The notes beneath the pieces are model-generated. The model was not told where the DNA came from. It made no database searches and worked only from the letters and a program-made list of their open reading frames with translations. A stretch of DNA of 64,000 bases, from positions 69,814,001 to 69,878,000 of the forward strand of contig NC_058368.1 of assembly GCF_018350175.1 (NCBI RefSeq), given 5' to 3'. How positions within the stretch are numbered: the first letter of the stretch is position 1; every line of letters starts with the position of its first letter. Source of the stretch: Felis catus (taxonomy: Eukaryota). Below are positions 38,171 through 51,956 of the stretch, one piece after another. A program made the translations under genes and the position numbers.

Positions 38171-39949
38171 AATGGGCCAAGGGCAGCTGTAGTCTGCCCA
38201 TCCCGTCAGACCTCCAAGACGGTTAATACATAAGACTTTGTCTACCGCCTACTGTGTGCTCCCAGTGCAGGACAGAAGCTGTGGCCTCAGAAATAACTTC
38301 CATGCCTCCCTCAACAGAACCAAGAAACACCCATCCTCCCATCTCCTCACTGCCATGCCCCTTCGCTGGTCCTTTAGCTTCCCAAAGGCAAAGAAAGGGA
38401 GACATATGACCTGTGAGCACGTGTAGAGTTGTACCCAGAGCTCTGTTCTCTTGGGCTAGTCTCATCTCCTCACCACACCCTCTGAAGAAAATACTTCTAC
38501 AGGTGAGACAATGGAGGCTCAAAGAGTTTGTGCTCCTCAGAGCCAGAGGGGTGGTGTTTAGCTCTAAAGCCCAAGTTCTATTGCCCTACACCATGACCCC
38601 TAAAGACGCATCTCAGACGGACAAACTACCCGGTAAGGACACTTATTTCTCCAGTTAGTGCCAGTGATGGCATCTCTTTGGGTCGTGGTCCCCAGGCGGG
38701 GTCCCAGGGAGACAGGCCCGTCGGGGACAACTGCTGAGAAGGGGAAAGAACTACCCATCTTCAAACCACCCTCTAATAACAAACACAAACACCTTCAACC
38801 TAGCATGCAATTTCTCCACCGTAGGCCAGCTCTCAGCTCCGCTCCGCTGCACGGCCCGCCCTGAACAGCGCGCAAGGCCGTGAGTCTGTATCGGCCTCCC
38901 CTGATGTACAGAAGGAGACAGTCACAGCAGCCCACTGCCTGGCATGGAGCGGACCCTCGTACGTGTCCCACTGCATGAATTAACGGGGAAAGCGACGCAC
39001 AACCTAGAGGTCTTGAGGCCACAGCTGCCGTGCCAGCAGAGGGGCAGCAGACAGGCCCTCCTAAGTTAAAGCAGCAGCTGACGCACGCCCGGGGGCCTGG
39101 CGTCACCGGCCACAAGGCAACGGCTCCCATCCGGCTTGCATGCTAAAGGTGGAGACCGTCGGTGGCTTTCAGGCAGTCAGCTCTGTTCTCTGCACTCCCT
39201 GCTGGGGAATGTTCAACAGGGAGCGAGAAGGAGCAAAACTATTTCTAGTCCTCGTCTGGGTCCATTTCCACTGCCTTGCATCCCGACAGCAGTTAACAGA
39301 CCGTGGAGCCCGACCGCCTAGATCTGACCCCCCGCTTTGAGGAGGGACCCTGGACAAGCTGCTGAGTTGCTGTGGGCCTCTGTTTCCTCTTCTGTAAATG
39401 GGGACAATAAAAGCACTTGCATTGGGGGCGGTGGGAGGTTAAGTGGGTTCACCGGCGCGAAGGGACTTGGTACCCAGCTGCGTGAGATAGCCAGCAGCAT
39501 TATACCTCGCTACTTGGTTGCAGGTTCGGTTCAAGTTCACAACCGGCAGACCCTACCATGCAGATTTTACTGGCAGCCTGCATCCTGGTTTTCCAGCGTC
39601 ACATCAGATACGTGCTTTCCATCGCCCCTCATCAATGTCACAAATCCACAGGGATGCAGCAAATCCTCATCACTTCCAGAATCTCCTTCCGGAGGACCAC
39701 ACCAGACTTCAGGTTTTAGTAAAGAAAGAAGTGTTAGACCCTACAGCACAGTGTCTGGCCCAGGGAAAATTTCTCATCCTTTATCCAGTTACCTGCACCT
39801 TAAGTTGGCCTTGGGCTCCAGAGCAGAGATGCTATCCTATTCACTTTCTGCGCTGTGTCATCCTCTGTCCCCTCCGTGGACCTTTCTTCCCTCCCACACA
39901 GCCCCTGCCCTCCCCCTCCCTTCTTGCTCCTTCACCAGACCCGAGGTGA

Positions 39950-39986
<37 letters not shown>

Positions 39987-40257
39987 ATGAGCACTGAGGA
40001 AACCACAGTAAAGGTATTACTTTGTTCTGTCCTACCAACGGCTGTCACGACTCCTGGACGATATCAGAAGAAACATTAAATGAGGAGACGCAGGAGTCCA
40101 GGGCTGGGCGGTGACTGAAAGGAAAGCTGTAATAACTAAACCTTACAGAAAGAGTTACACCACAGATCCTCATGCCCACCAAACGAAATAGAAAGGACAA
40201 GATGTTTATATTAACTCAGCCTGCAGTCCACCTGGCACACTGGTCTCAATTTCTATT

Positions 40258-40493
40258 CTTTTTGTTGTTGTTGTTTATTTATTTTGAGAGTGAGCACGAG
40301 TGGGGGAGGGGCAGGGAGAGAGGGAGAGAGAGAGGGGAAGGGAGAGACAGAGAGAGAGAGGGAATATCTCAAGCTGACTCAGCGTTGTCAGCGTGGAGCA
40401 CGACGCGGGGCTCAAACCCACGAACCATGAGATCATGACCTGAGATGAAATCAAGAGTCAGATGCTTAACCGACTGAACCACCCAGATGCCCC
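40258..40493 (-). mobile_element. Can-SINE
   Basis: Reverse orientation; TSD tcaatttc(t/c)attct. Confidence 0.88.
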
Positions 40494-40719
40494 TCAATTT
40501 CCATTCTGTTCACTCCAATCACACTGCCCTGAAGCACACACCTCTTCAACCAGTGGGTACAGACAGCTACAACCATAAAATGCCTCCAAAGGGGTAAATA
40601 ATGTAACAATTTTTTTGTTGCTTTTCTCCATTTTGCCATGTTAATGGAACAATATCAATATTATTATATTGGATGTACTGGTAAGTCTATTAAATCTACT
40701 AGAAATAGGTCGCCCCTCC

Positions 40720-41290
40720 CTAAATTGCCAGTTGGATATAAAATGGTATGGCCACTTCAGAAAGCAGTTTGGCAGGTTCTCAATAAATTAAACACAAGAC
40801 CACCATACGACCCAGCAATTCCACTTCCAAGAGAAGTGGAAATCCTAAGGGTCCACACAAAGACATACACGCGAATGTTCACTGGAACACTGGAAACAGC
40901 TTAGATGTTCCTCAGCTGGTGAAGGGACAGACACAATGAGGCACATCCATACAATGGGGCACTATGCGGCAATAAAAGGGACCAAGCTACTGACAACACA
41001 TGCCACATCACGAACCTCGAAAACATGCTAAGTGAAAGGAGACAGTCACAAGAAACCACAGACTGTACGAATTCCCTTCTATGTATGACGTGTCCGGAAA
41101 AGTCAAAGCAATGGAGACGAAGGAGAGTAGGGGCTGCTGGGAACAGAGGTCGACTGTAAATCAAGCACAAGGGGTCATACTGGGGAGACGGCAATGTTCT
41201 CTACTGACTTACCGGGAGGGCTGCACCGCTCGGGAAAGTTCCTAAAAATCACTGAACTGTACACCCGAGGGACTACATTTTGTGGTCAAA
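40720..41290 (+). mobile_element. Old L1M 3' fragment
   Basis: aaatggtatggccacttcagaaagcagtttggcagg...ccatacgacccagcaattccactt...aacctcgaaaacatgctaagtgaaagg. Confidence 0.75.
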
Positions 41291-41703
41291 TACAACACAC
41301 CACCATCCCGCAAGCACATCGCACATCGCGTGCCCGTATTCACGTGTGTCCCCCAAAGGACTGTGAGGCCTACAAGGGCAAGGACTTCCCACGGCTCGTC
41401 TTCTCACATCAGCTAGCGCAATACCTGGCATGCGGGGAGCGCGGCAATGTCCATAAATGAATGGTTTTGTGGAAAACAAAACAAACAAGCTTTGGGGTTT
41501 TCCATAGCTTCCACAGATCCCCCAAAACTTCTCACTGCTGTCTACTCTTCCACCCAACCTGCCCCCAAACACAAGGGCCACGGCAGGCCACAAAGCAAGG
41601 ATATCCATGAAACTTCAAGCTGCTCAACAGCAAGATGTATCCTGATCAACTCTATGAAGAGCAGTGTCGGTCTCTGTTCCAAGCTTAAAAAGAAGAAGAG
41701 GTT

Positions 41704-41912
41704 TTGGCGCCTGGGTGGCTCAGGCGGTTAAGTGTCTGACTTCGGTCGTGATCTCACGGGTTCGTGAGTTCGAGCCCCACACTGGGCTCTCTGCTGTCGG
41801 CGCACAGCCCACTTCAGATCCTCTAACCCCATCTCTGTCCCTCCCCTGCTCGCACATGTGCGCACTCTAAACATTAAAAAAATAAAAAAGAAGTTAAAAA
41901 AAAAAAAAGAAA
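41704..41912 (+). mobile_element. Can-SINE
   Basis: Head, body and A tail. Confidence 0.88.
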
Positions 41913-43163
41913 AAGAGGCTGTCTTATGTCTTCATTATGGCATTATCACGAAAACTTCCGGGATCGTTAAGAGGAGAAGAGCATGATCTTTAGGATCAGA
42001 TTCCAAAAAGATGGCGGCTCAGGGAACTTACAATCGAATCTAAAATAAAATCTTAACGTCTTTCAGGAAAGATTTATTTTTGACTCAGAAGCAGCCAATT
42101 TAATAAACACACCAGATACTGTCCCAAGAGGATTAAACACAGCAAGCAAAGCGATAAAGTAAGTCGTGGGCTCACTTGCGCTCTGCGCCATTTTATCTGC
42201 CTAGTGAACAGTCCCCAAGAAGGGGATGCTTCAAAACACCGTAATTATTACGGAAGAACTACATTAACCTTGCCTTGGAAATGCAAGAGTTTATTTTCTC
42301 AACCAGTACAGTAGCAAAAATAGTGCAGCAGTGAGGAAAAATGTTTTTGCTCACTGTATCCCACACGGCCTAGAACTCATGTACTTCCTACCATCTCATA
42401 CCACGACCTGTTGTTGAACAGAGAAATACCACATACTTCCTCGTGGCAGAAACGTGAAGTGAGTGGTTAAGGGTGTAGGCTTTTGAGACAAACTCGTTCA
42501 AAGTCTGCCTGCCTCTACCACACATTTGCCTAATGATCTTGGGCGACTCACCTAAGCTTTGTGTTGTGGTTTCCGAATCTTTTGAGGGGATAAAGATTCA
42601 ATGAGTTCATTTCCCCTAATCATAGGCCACTTATCCCACCTGGAAGACTCAGGTGGTTCACAAAACTGCCTTATTTTCTGGACAAGGTGATCAACTCTCA
42701 TGACTTAATATTTTCCGGCACCACGTTCTGCCAACCCCAGCGGAGGCAGGTATGTCAGCCATTCTCAAATAGTATAAACAGGGACTACAACAGGCAGCCC
42801 TCTGGAAGGTATGCAAACCTACATCGATGCTGCTAAATAAGGACCGCTCCCAGCCAACACTCGGGGTCGAGGAGGTACGGGCAGCAACTCTGACAAAAAA
42901 ACAACACACTTACCCTTTGCATAGTCTCAGAAACAATCTCTACTAAATAAGGAGGCTGGTTCCAACTTCCTCCAACCTCCACCCTGCATTTTATTGACCG
43001 TGACTAAAATCGAGCCCACCTCATAGACTCTGGGCTCAATTCAACTATAACACAGTAATCCCGCACACCCCTCATACATACGACATCTTAGACTCCAGAC
43101 AAGAGTACAAAAAATAGTTCACTTCAGATTAAGAAACAGACACATTAAATCTCACATAGCTGA

Positions 43164-43385
43164 GGGGCACCTGGGTGGCTCAGTCAGTTAAGCGTCTGAC
43201 TCTTGGCTTCGGTTCAGGTCATGATCTCACAGTTTGTGAGTTCAAACCCAGCATCAGGCTCTGCGTTGACGGTGCAGAGCCTGCTTGGGACTCTCTCTCT
43301 CTCTCTCCCCCTCTCTCTGCCCCTCCCCCACTCGTGCTCACTCGCTCACTCTCTCTCTCTCAAAAATAAACATTAAAAAACAAAT
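43164..43385 (+). mobile_element. Can-SINE
   Basis: Head, body and A tail. Confidence 0.88.
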
Positions 43386-43554
43386 TTTAACAATACGTAA
43401 ATACTCAGGTTTCCTGGCTCCTAATTTCCACAGCACCTTTGTGTATCAAATCCCCTTTTCAAGGAGGGGAAATACTCGGGGCATGAGGGAAAAGTCGCCT
43501 CACCAGAAGGCCACCAGGGTAACAGGAGAGAAAAGATGGTCCCGGGCTCTGCTC

Positions 43555-43697
43555 CCTGGCTGAGTGAGAAGAAATGGCCAGTCACACCACCCTCCACAAG
43601 TTCACCACTTCAGTGAAATCCGTCCCTACCCAAGGATAGTACAGAGCTGCTGCATTCCCAAAAAAAAGAACTAAACACTTGAAAAGCAAATCAAATG
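43555..43697. repeat. 143-bp inverted duplication, copy B
   Basis: cctggctgagtgagaagaaatggcc...gaaaagcaaatcaaatg is the reverse complement of 36983-37125 at 141/143. Confidence 0.95.
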
Positions 43698-44255
43698 AAT
43701 AATGCAACAAAGTCCCCCACCCCCACCCTGGGCTGGACTGCAGCATGAAGGGGGCATAGATTTAAGGGACGCTAGCACGATGCTTGTTCCCAATTGTTCC
43801 CGTAGAGCAACTCCACTTTGATTCAGAGGTCAGGTTTTAGAAACCTCAACCCTGAGGAAGCACGATGCCTTCCACTTCCAAACGCAAAAAGGCCTCCGAG
43901 CACAGAAATAGTGGTCACGAATGCTAAGCCCTGAATTCACCTGCACCGCTCTGCCCAGGAGGGGACCTCAGTCCCTCTCTCAGAACGTTCTGGTCCACAA
44001 CACACACTCTGAGAAAGGTCCCTAACCCACAGCAGATTAGACGCAGCAGCCCGGGAGAAGGGGGGCCAAAGAAGTGGCTCTGCTCGCAGTGGAAAGAGGG
44101 AAAAGGCAGAGAGGAGCCACCCCTCCGTTCCCAAGGTCGCATCCAAGGACACCCCTGACTTAAAGACCTCCCAACTGGCAGAAAATGCCAGCCATCCCCC
44201 ACCTCCAAGGGTGAAGTCTGAAAATACTATGCTGAAATAATGAAGAGGATGCCCT

Positions 44256-44462
44256 GAGATGCCTGGGTGGCTCGGCAGTTTAAGCGTCCAACTTCAGCTC
44301 AGGTCATGATTTCGGGGTTCGTGGGTTTGAGCTCCGCGTCGGGCTCTGTGCTGACAGCTCGCAGCCTGGAGCCTGCTTCAGATTCTGTGTGTCTCCCTCT
44401 CTCTGCCCCTCCCCCACTCATGCTCTGTCTCTCTCAAAAAACGAATAAACTTAAAAAAATGA
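44256..44462 (+). mobile_element. Can-SINE
   Basis: Head, body and A tail. Confidence 0.88.
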
Positions 44463-45339
44463 AATACAAAAGTGCTTCTGCGCTTCTGACACAGAAAGAT
44501 TCCAGACTTGCACCAATGGTAAGTTTCTCCTTAAAATTATCTTTTCAGTATTTCTTCAATTCTCTGACTGCAGTCAGGGAGGTAACCTCTGCGAGGTCCC
44601 TTCCATAAGGAAGCTGTTGTGCTCCCGTTGCAGGGAAGGAGCTGGGTGGGGCGGGCTCCTGCCATCCCTACTGACCACAGTGACATACTGTCGTCTCCCG
44701 CCAGCGGAAAAGAGTAAGTCATCAATAAACACTATGGAAGGAAGCTTTAAACCAACAGGCACATCTTTAAAGGACATCACCAGAGCAGTGAGCCATCTCC
44801 TGCTGGACACCTGGGAGACCCAGTCACCCGTGCACCTGTCTAGGCCACACAAACCACGTGCTACACAAAAGCTTCATTTTCCTCCGGGGTCCTCCTTGGC
44901 CCTACGCCCAAGGAGAACAGCTCAGCAGGCAGACTGGCCAAGTGTGAGTATCTGGGCGTCAATTCACAGTCGATTACGTTGACGGAACCCAAGCTTCACA
45001 CCCTCACTGCAACGAGACTCCCAGAGAAACAAAGCCCACGAAAGGCCCATCTATGCCGCTCTCCTCCGATCCACACTGAAGGTAATGAAGGATGCCACGA
45101 GAAGTCCGCCTCCAACAGGAGGAGAAAAGAGCCATCACGCTGAAGACTGCCTGCCAAGTAGAGGGACACCTGAGCCAAGCTGCGGGAAGAGGAGGGACCC
45201 AATCCACAACTTGCGGGGCCCCAGGCAAGCAGCAGCTTCTCTGAACATGAGATTCTTTTCTAGGAAAAGCAGGGGCCAAGGCTGCGGGCAGGGGAATCGT
45301 TTCAAAGACTTCTCTTCACTCAAAGAAACTAGACAGGGC

Positions 45340-45436
45340 TGATGTATGGAAGTGCTGAATTACTATACTGTACACCTGAAACACTGTATGTTAACTAACT
45401 GGAATTGCAAATTAAGTAAAATTAAATTAAAAAAAA
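45340..45436 (+). mobile_element. Carnivore L1 extreme 3' end, directly followed by a SINE
   Basis: gatgtatggaagtgctgaattactatactgtacacctgaaac...tgtatgttaactaactggaatt plus an A tail. Confidence 0.7.
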
Positions 45437-45439
45437 GGG

Positions 45440-45640
45440 GGGGGGGGCGCCTGGGTGGCTCAGTCGGTGAAGTGTCCAGCTTCAGCTCAGGTCCGTGGGT
45501 TCGAGCCCCACATCGGGCTCTGTGCTGACAGCTCAGAGCCTGGAGCCTGCTTCAGATTCTGTGTCTCCCTCTCTCTCTGCCCCTCCCCCACTCGTGCTCT
45601 CTGTCTCTCTCAAAAATAAATAAACATTAAAAATAAAAAA
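45440..45640 (+). mobile_element. Can-SINE at the tail of an L1 fragment
   Basis: Head, body and A tail. Confidence 0.88.
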
Positions 45641-45907
45641 ACTAAAGAAAATCAGAACACTCCTTTAAAGATTTTTTAGTCCCCCCCCAAAAAAATCTAG
45701 TCACCACAGTTGAAGGTAATAAAAGCCATTATCCTAATAAACATCCATGTTAAAAGCAGAAAAAGTAAAATACTGCTGGCAAACAATGAAAAAGAGAACA
45801 AAAATCACCTAAAAAGGAAGAACTAAAAAGATACACGTGATCAGAGAAGGTGCCAGCTAGGGAAGCAACAACATACATGAACCATACCTAAAAACAGAAG
45901 TAAATAC

Positions 45908-46130
45908 AGGGCGCCTGTTAAGCATCTGACCTCGGCTCAGGTCATGATCCCACGGTTTGTGGGTTCGAGCCCCACGTCGGGCTCTGTGCTAACAGCTCAG
46001 AGCCTGGAACCTGCTTTGGATTCTCTGTCTCTCTCTCTCTCTGCCCCTCCCCTACTCACATGGTGTCTGTCTCTCTCTCTCTCAAAACTAAATAAAAACA
46101 TTTAAAAATATTTAAAAAAAAGAAAGAAAG
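45908..46130 (+). mobile_element. Can-SINE with a deletion in the head (A-box region missing)
   Basis: ggggcgcctg is joined directly to ttaagcatctgac. Confidence 0.85.
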
Positions 46131-47444
46131 AAATGAAAGTCCTTCTACCAATATATCCTAAGGAAATAACTAGGTAAGTGGAAAGATTCGTATAATCATT
46201 GGCATTTCCCTTTTTTTTTTTAAGTTGCAAACTACCTGAGCAGTTATCAACGTAGGATTAATTTCAGGAATTATTCTGCAGCCTTACAATGAAATACCGA
46301 GCAGCGACTCAAAATAACGGTTTGCTGACCTGCAGAAACATTCCACGGTTTAATACGAAAAAAAGAACATTACAGAACAGTACATACAGAATGGTTCTGG
46401 TTTTGTTGTATGTGGCAGGACAGGTGGGTGATTCACAGAAAGGACTTCAGAAGAACGTACGTTGAAATGTTAACAATGGATGTTTATGGGCTTTTTTTAT
46501 TGATGTTTTTCTGCATTGTCCCAAGTCTTAAAACAAGTAAGCTTATTTTACAAATTTATACTAAGAAAAAAGCAGAGCTGTAACATTTCCATTTCTAATG
46601 AATACAGACAAACACATACATAACCTGAAAGATTTTTTTTTTTTTTTTGGAAGTCCAGACTTGACTTTAGGGTGATTTTAAGTTTATGGTCCAGAATGCT
46701 TGGCTCAAACCATTCTGGTTGGGAGAGGCCAGTTTTTGGGCATCTCTAATCCATTACCCTCAATCAATGTGGACAATAATCAAGAAGCTAAAAGCAGCAA
46801 ATGGGCTCCTATAATACATTAAACATCCTGAACTGTATTACACCGAACACTGTAATTACTCCATTCCTCTTAAACAATTCTCTCCAAAAGAACCAATAAA
46901 CAAAAGCAAAAGGCTAAAAAAAAGATAAATCACCTGAAAGAAGAAAACTTAATTTCTGCTATATTTGCATTTACTTTAAGCCCATTACAATGTTTCTTCT
47001 GAAGCTAAAAAAGGAAACATGAAAGTTGAAAGAAACCGGGAAAAATCACAGGAATTTCTTAAGAAATGGGTGTGATTCAATACCCCCCTCAAAATCTTTG
47101 TCATTCTAGGTTCCACTGAAGAATGAGAGAAATAGTTTCAATATACGAAATCGATCAGTTAAAAGGACAGTGGCTCCTCACTTGCAGGCAGAGAGCAAGG
47201 TAACAGTGGCAGCAAAGGCTGCAGAGGCTGCAGGGCCCAAGTGGAGTATGACGCCCCTTTCCCAATGAACCCCTGATAAAGGGCAGGCCTGCACAGGGCA
47301 CGGATCACCTTGCCCAGTGACGCTGGGTTCTCCCACCAGAGATGTCCCAGATCTCAGATGGCTCATCTGAGACCCTTCGCTATCAAAGGCCGACTTCTCT
47401 TCTTTCCACTAAATGTTACAAAAACAAAATGGTGGAGTAATTCA

Positions 47445-47672
47445 TTTTTTAACTTTGTTTTTATTATTTTGAAAGAGAGAGAGCGCGCACACAAGAGAGC
47501 GAGCGAGCACAGGGAAGGGGCAAAGAGAGAGAGGGGGAGAGAGAATCCCAAGTAGGCTCCGCATTGTCAGCGCGAAGCCCAATGTGGGACTCTAACTCAC
47601 GAAACCTGAGATCATGACCTGAGCCGAAACGGAGAGTCAGACGCCTAACCGACTGAGCCACCTAGGCGCCCC
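47445..47672 (-). mobile_element. Can-SINE
   Basis: Reverse orientation; TSD tggagtaattcatttt. Confidence 0.9.
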
Positions 47673-49922
47673 TGGAGTAATTCATTTTATAAAAGACTTT
47701 CTTAATATTTTTGGTTTTGCTTTCCTTTTTTGAATGATGAAAATTATCAGACCTGTCAAAAAGCTTAAACTATGGGTGATATTGCTATAAAGTGACTAAG
47801 TTTGCCAAGAATATGATGAACAGAGGCTTTCTTCCATCCACTGGCCAACGCCACTGCTCATGGGCAGCGAAGGCCTCACCCACCACCCCACTGCCTGCCG
47901 TCCTCCTCCTCGGCCTCCTTTCAACCAACCCAAAGGTGAGCGGGCTGCTTGTTCACCTTCCTCATGAGCACCCACAACAGGGCTTCCCATCTCTGATCCC
48001 ACAAATGCAGGCAGCACACACGCCATCATGGAAAGTCAAATTCCCATTTCTCACTTTCTACAATGTGTCCAGAACCAAGCAGCAGGCTCAAATAAGCAAC
48101 AAGATGGATTTTCTCAACTCAAAACTGACATAACACATGAATAACTCTTCACGTGTCTCAGCTCCCCTTTTTAATGCACTTTTTAATTGAAAAAATTTAA
48201 AAGATACAATTTTTTTTTTTTTTTTTACATCAATAGAGCGCTGGCTGTGTGTTGTTTTCCCAGTATTGGTACTGAGACCCCTCTTCACTGATTCCTGCAT
48301 AGGTCTCCCACAGGGGTAGGGAGGTAAGAGGAGGAGATGAAATCATAATTGTGAATCACCGTTTTCTCTGCAAGGGTCCCAGATACACTCAGCAATCAAC
48401 CCAGAAACCTTGGCCTTATTACCAACTCTTTCTGACCAATTGAACAAACTGAAAAAATGCATAACACGTACAAGTAACCTTTTCTAAATCTCAATATCAC
48501 AGCCTCCATCACCTACCCAAATATTCCAATAAACCCATCCCAAACTGTAATTAATTCGTCATACAGAACAATGGTCCGCTGCTAAGCCCTCAGAGTAGGT
48601 GATGCCATTAATGAAGCTAGGTCACCAATTCCTCCCTTCTCCCTTGAGAACTCAACTGAAAACCCTAACTCTCCAGATCAGTAGGCCAATCCACTAGAGA
48701 ACCTGGCATAGTGGAAAGAAAAGAATATGGCGCCCACGGCCAGATGCACGTGGGTTCAAAGCCATCTCCGCTTCTTGCTAGCTACTCGTTTCTGCAGGCC
48801 TAAGTTTACTCATCTGTAAAAGGACAGACAAATGCATAAATATAGTTTTCCTGAGAATAACAGATGAAAAAAAAATTTTTTAAACCAGTATATAACAAAT
48901 GCTCCTATGTTCCCATTATAGTCTGACCTGAAGCCCTACTCGAGTTTTTCTTCTGAGTCACAACTGCTAAAATTACATGCAGTAGTTGAAACGCAGATGA
49001 CGGGCACTCAGTGAACTTCACTAATGGCTGGAGATGGGAAGATAAATCATGCAGGTGTCAAGGAGCTGACCTGTCCCAAGGGTTTATCCTCAAATCACAC
49101 ACAGTAGCCACATACACATGCCACCACGCCCCCTCATGCCACATCTTTCTCTAAGAAAAATGAATAAACTGCTTAATCTCCTTAATAAAACTATTCAATC
49201 CACTGTATGGCCTTCAATCCGCATCTGGATCTTTCCGGTAAGCCCTAAGTAACGTAAGTAGAGAAGCCCCCATTGTTAGCCAGGGCTAGGACCACAATGG
49301 TCACGATTCAGAGGCCTCTGCAACTGGACTGTTGCTAACACAACTCCACTGGCAACCCCACCCTGACACCGTGTAGATGACCACAATGTGACACACAAAG
49401 GTTTCGGGTAAAGGGAGTTTTTCACCCCAACCACATGAACTATCTTCAGCTAATCACAAACTAAGATGATCAACTTCCTGTATCAGCCTGATGCCACCCA
49501 CTGTTCCCCGCTAAGCCTGGTGTAACCTCACAGAGCAGGCAGTCACATCTTACAACTCTTCAACTTAATGATCTGGACTTTTCTACAGGAATCTCACAGC
49601 AGCAGGTTCCCCCTCAGCAGCTAACCTCAGAGCGGTTCTCATCCCAAGTCATGACACATCGCTAACGCTGACGGTCGTTGCCAACTGAAGAGACTCTTCA
49701 GAGAAGGCGAAAGTTTCCTTGTTTCTTTTTTTTTTTTTTTTTTTACTAGGAGCTGCCTCCGTCCCATAGTTGTGTCTCCTCAAAAGACAAGCCACCCGTA
49801 ACTGCTTCTGAAATCCACCTGGGCGTCCTCACACGCCAGCCTCCTGAGAAAGCTCAGGGACACAGCCAGCCTTCTTCCAGGTGAATGCAACCCAAAGGTC
49901 TGGGCTCAGAAGTAAAAACACT

Positions 49923-50100
49923 GGGGGCGCCTGGGTGGCTCAGGTGGCCAAGTGCCCAACTCTTGGTTTCAGCTTAGGTCATCATCTCACGGTTCGTGGG
50001 ATCAGACCCCACGTCAGGCTTTGCGATGACAGTGCGGAGCCCGCTTGGGATCCTGCGTCTCCTCTCTCTCCAAATAAATAAATAAACATTTTTTTTAAAA
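49923..50100 (+). mobile_element. Can-SINE
   Basis: Head, body and (AAAT)n tail. Confidence 0.85.
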
Positions 50101-51956
50101 GGTAAAAATGCTCATTTGCATGGTATTTTTGCTTAGTTCCAGAGGCCCAACTGTAAGCATGCAAAATATACAGCCTTCTGTCCTCAATGTGTTTTTAGCC
50201 CAATTTAAAACAAAACAAAACACTTCCGAATCAGGAAAAAAGACTAAGTTCAACTTCCAAAAACGTGTATGTATGTAATATACTAGGACCAGCCTGTAGA
50301 AATCAAGACCTACCTAGGTTTTCCAATCTCGACTTATTATCTGTCCTCCAAGCAAATCAGAAATAAACTGGGAAGCCACCTAAGCCACTTTAGGCCAGTT
50401 TTGGATAATCTGGATTATCCAATCCATTAAGGAGACACCACCTGACTCGAAACCCCCAGATGTCACCTTTTTTAGCACTCTTACCCTACTCCAAACTGAA
50501 ATCTTTCCAATGCCTTTTCTTTCCCATTTTCTTAGGTAGGAAGAAAAAAACATTAATCTAACTCATCTACACCAGTTACCCCAGACTACAGCCAATTCTA
50601 TGAAAAGACCCCATCTGCTTGGAATGCCCTTCACCCACTAGCACTTTAAAAAACTACTCAGATACACACTCAAATGCCACCTCCTCCAGGAAGGCTTCCT
50701 TCCTTTCACCCACTTTGACTAGTATCACCTCGCACTCCCAGCACTTGCCGGGCATGTCAGAATGTCTGCAGGACAATGGGCTGCGAGCGCATTAAGAGCA
50801 GGCATAGCTCATCCACTTCCCCAGCCTCCAGCATGGGGCTTCAACATCGCAGACATCCAATATATCTGTTGAGGAAGGAGTTTCCCGTCTCATCAAGACT
50901 ATGAAAAGCACTTAAGTGCTGGCAGAAACTGGATTGCTTAAGAGGTCTTAGAGGTTGGTGACATTTCTGACGGAGCTGCTGAGATAGGGAAGAAAAAACA
51001 TCAAAAGGCACTCCCAGCCTTCCCCTTCAGTTCTGAATGGAGAAGAGTGAACGCCCCACCCCGCCTTTGTAATTAATGCAACCACAGAATCCTAACCCTC
51101 AACATTAGCTACCCCTGGGGAATAAAAACCATACAATTCTGCATTGTTTGATTTTTTTACAGTTAATTATGTATTCCTTCTGTAATATTTTAAATAAATT
51201 AAAATTTGTAATAGCTCAATTTTTTTAAAAGGTATCTACATTAGTTTGGGGCGGGAGAAGGGGGGGTACCACGTAGATTTTTTCCCTTCATACCATCCCC
51301 AACAGCCTTCCACAGAAACTGAGTTATAGGAAGGGGTTTAAACCCTAACTACCAAACCGAGGTCAGAAGCATGAGAGACGCTGAGGACAGGTCAGCGTGA
51401 GGGCAGCTTCTCGGAACCTCAGGACATGAAGGCGTGAGGCCACAGGTGGAGGCAGAACAGGCTCAGAAGCAAATCACCTGCAAAGCACCCAATTCCACCT
51501 AATTCACACCTAATTCGAGATGTCCTTCCACCCCACCCTGCTGGGAAAGGAGGGGATGAGGGAAATTTCAGGGAGTCAAAACAAAAAGGGAGATCTACTT
51601 AGAGAAGAAGGTACGACATTCGTACCTTCATGTTCTGTGTCCTTTAACTTAACATGTCTGTTAACAGTCACAAGATAATTGAAGGAGCAGAGAACCAAAA
51701 AGGAAGTGTGCAGAACCCCCCCCCCCATTAGAATCTCCCCAGGGTCAGGTTCCTGGATGGCTGCCAAGAGCCACTAACTTCCCAAGACATAATTTTGGAT
51801 GCATGCATCTTGATAACTCCAAATGCATGCAGCTTTCGCGATGACAGAGACCAAGGAACCCAGGCTCTCCCACACTGAGAGAAACTACTTGGTCAAGTCA
51901 GAAACTAAAAAAGCCAATGAGGAGAAAATGGGGTACAGATAAAAAAATATTCCAGT

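Noticed and set aside
39337..39954. 205-aa ORF on +
   Set aside because: Non-ATG start, overlaps MIR-like sequence (gggcctctgtttcctcttctgtaaatggggacaataa) and has no recognisable protein features.
39953..39982. Isolated poly-A as the tail of a retrocopy
   Set aside because: No TSD, poly(A) signal or recognisable retrocopied body upstream.
37126..43554. Spacer between the inverted copies as a composite transposon or an already inverted segment
   Set aside because: No transposase and no outer TSD. Strand skew and predominant repeat orientation inside match the flanks.
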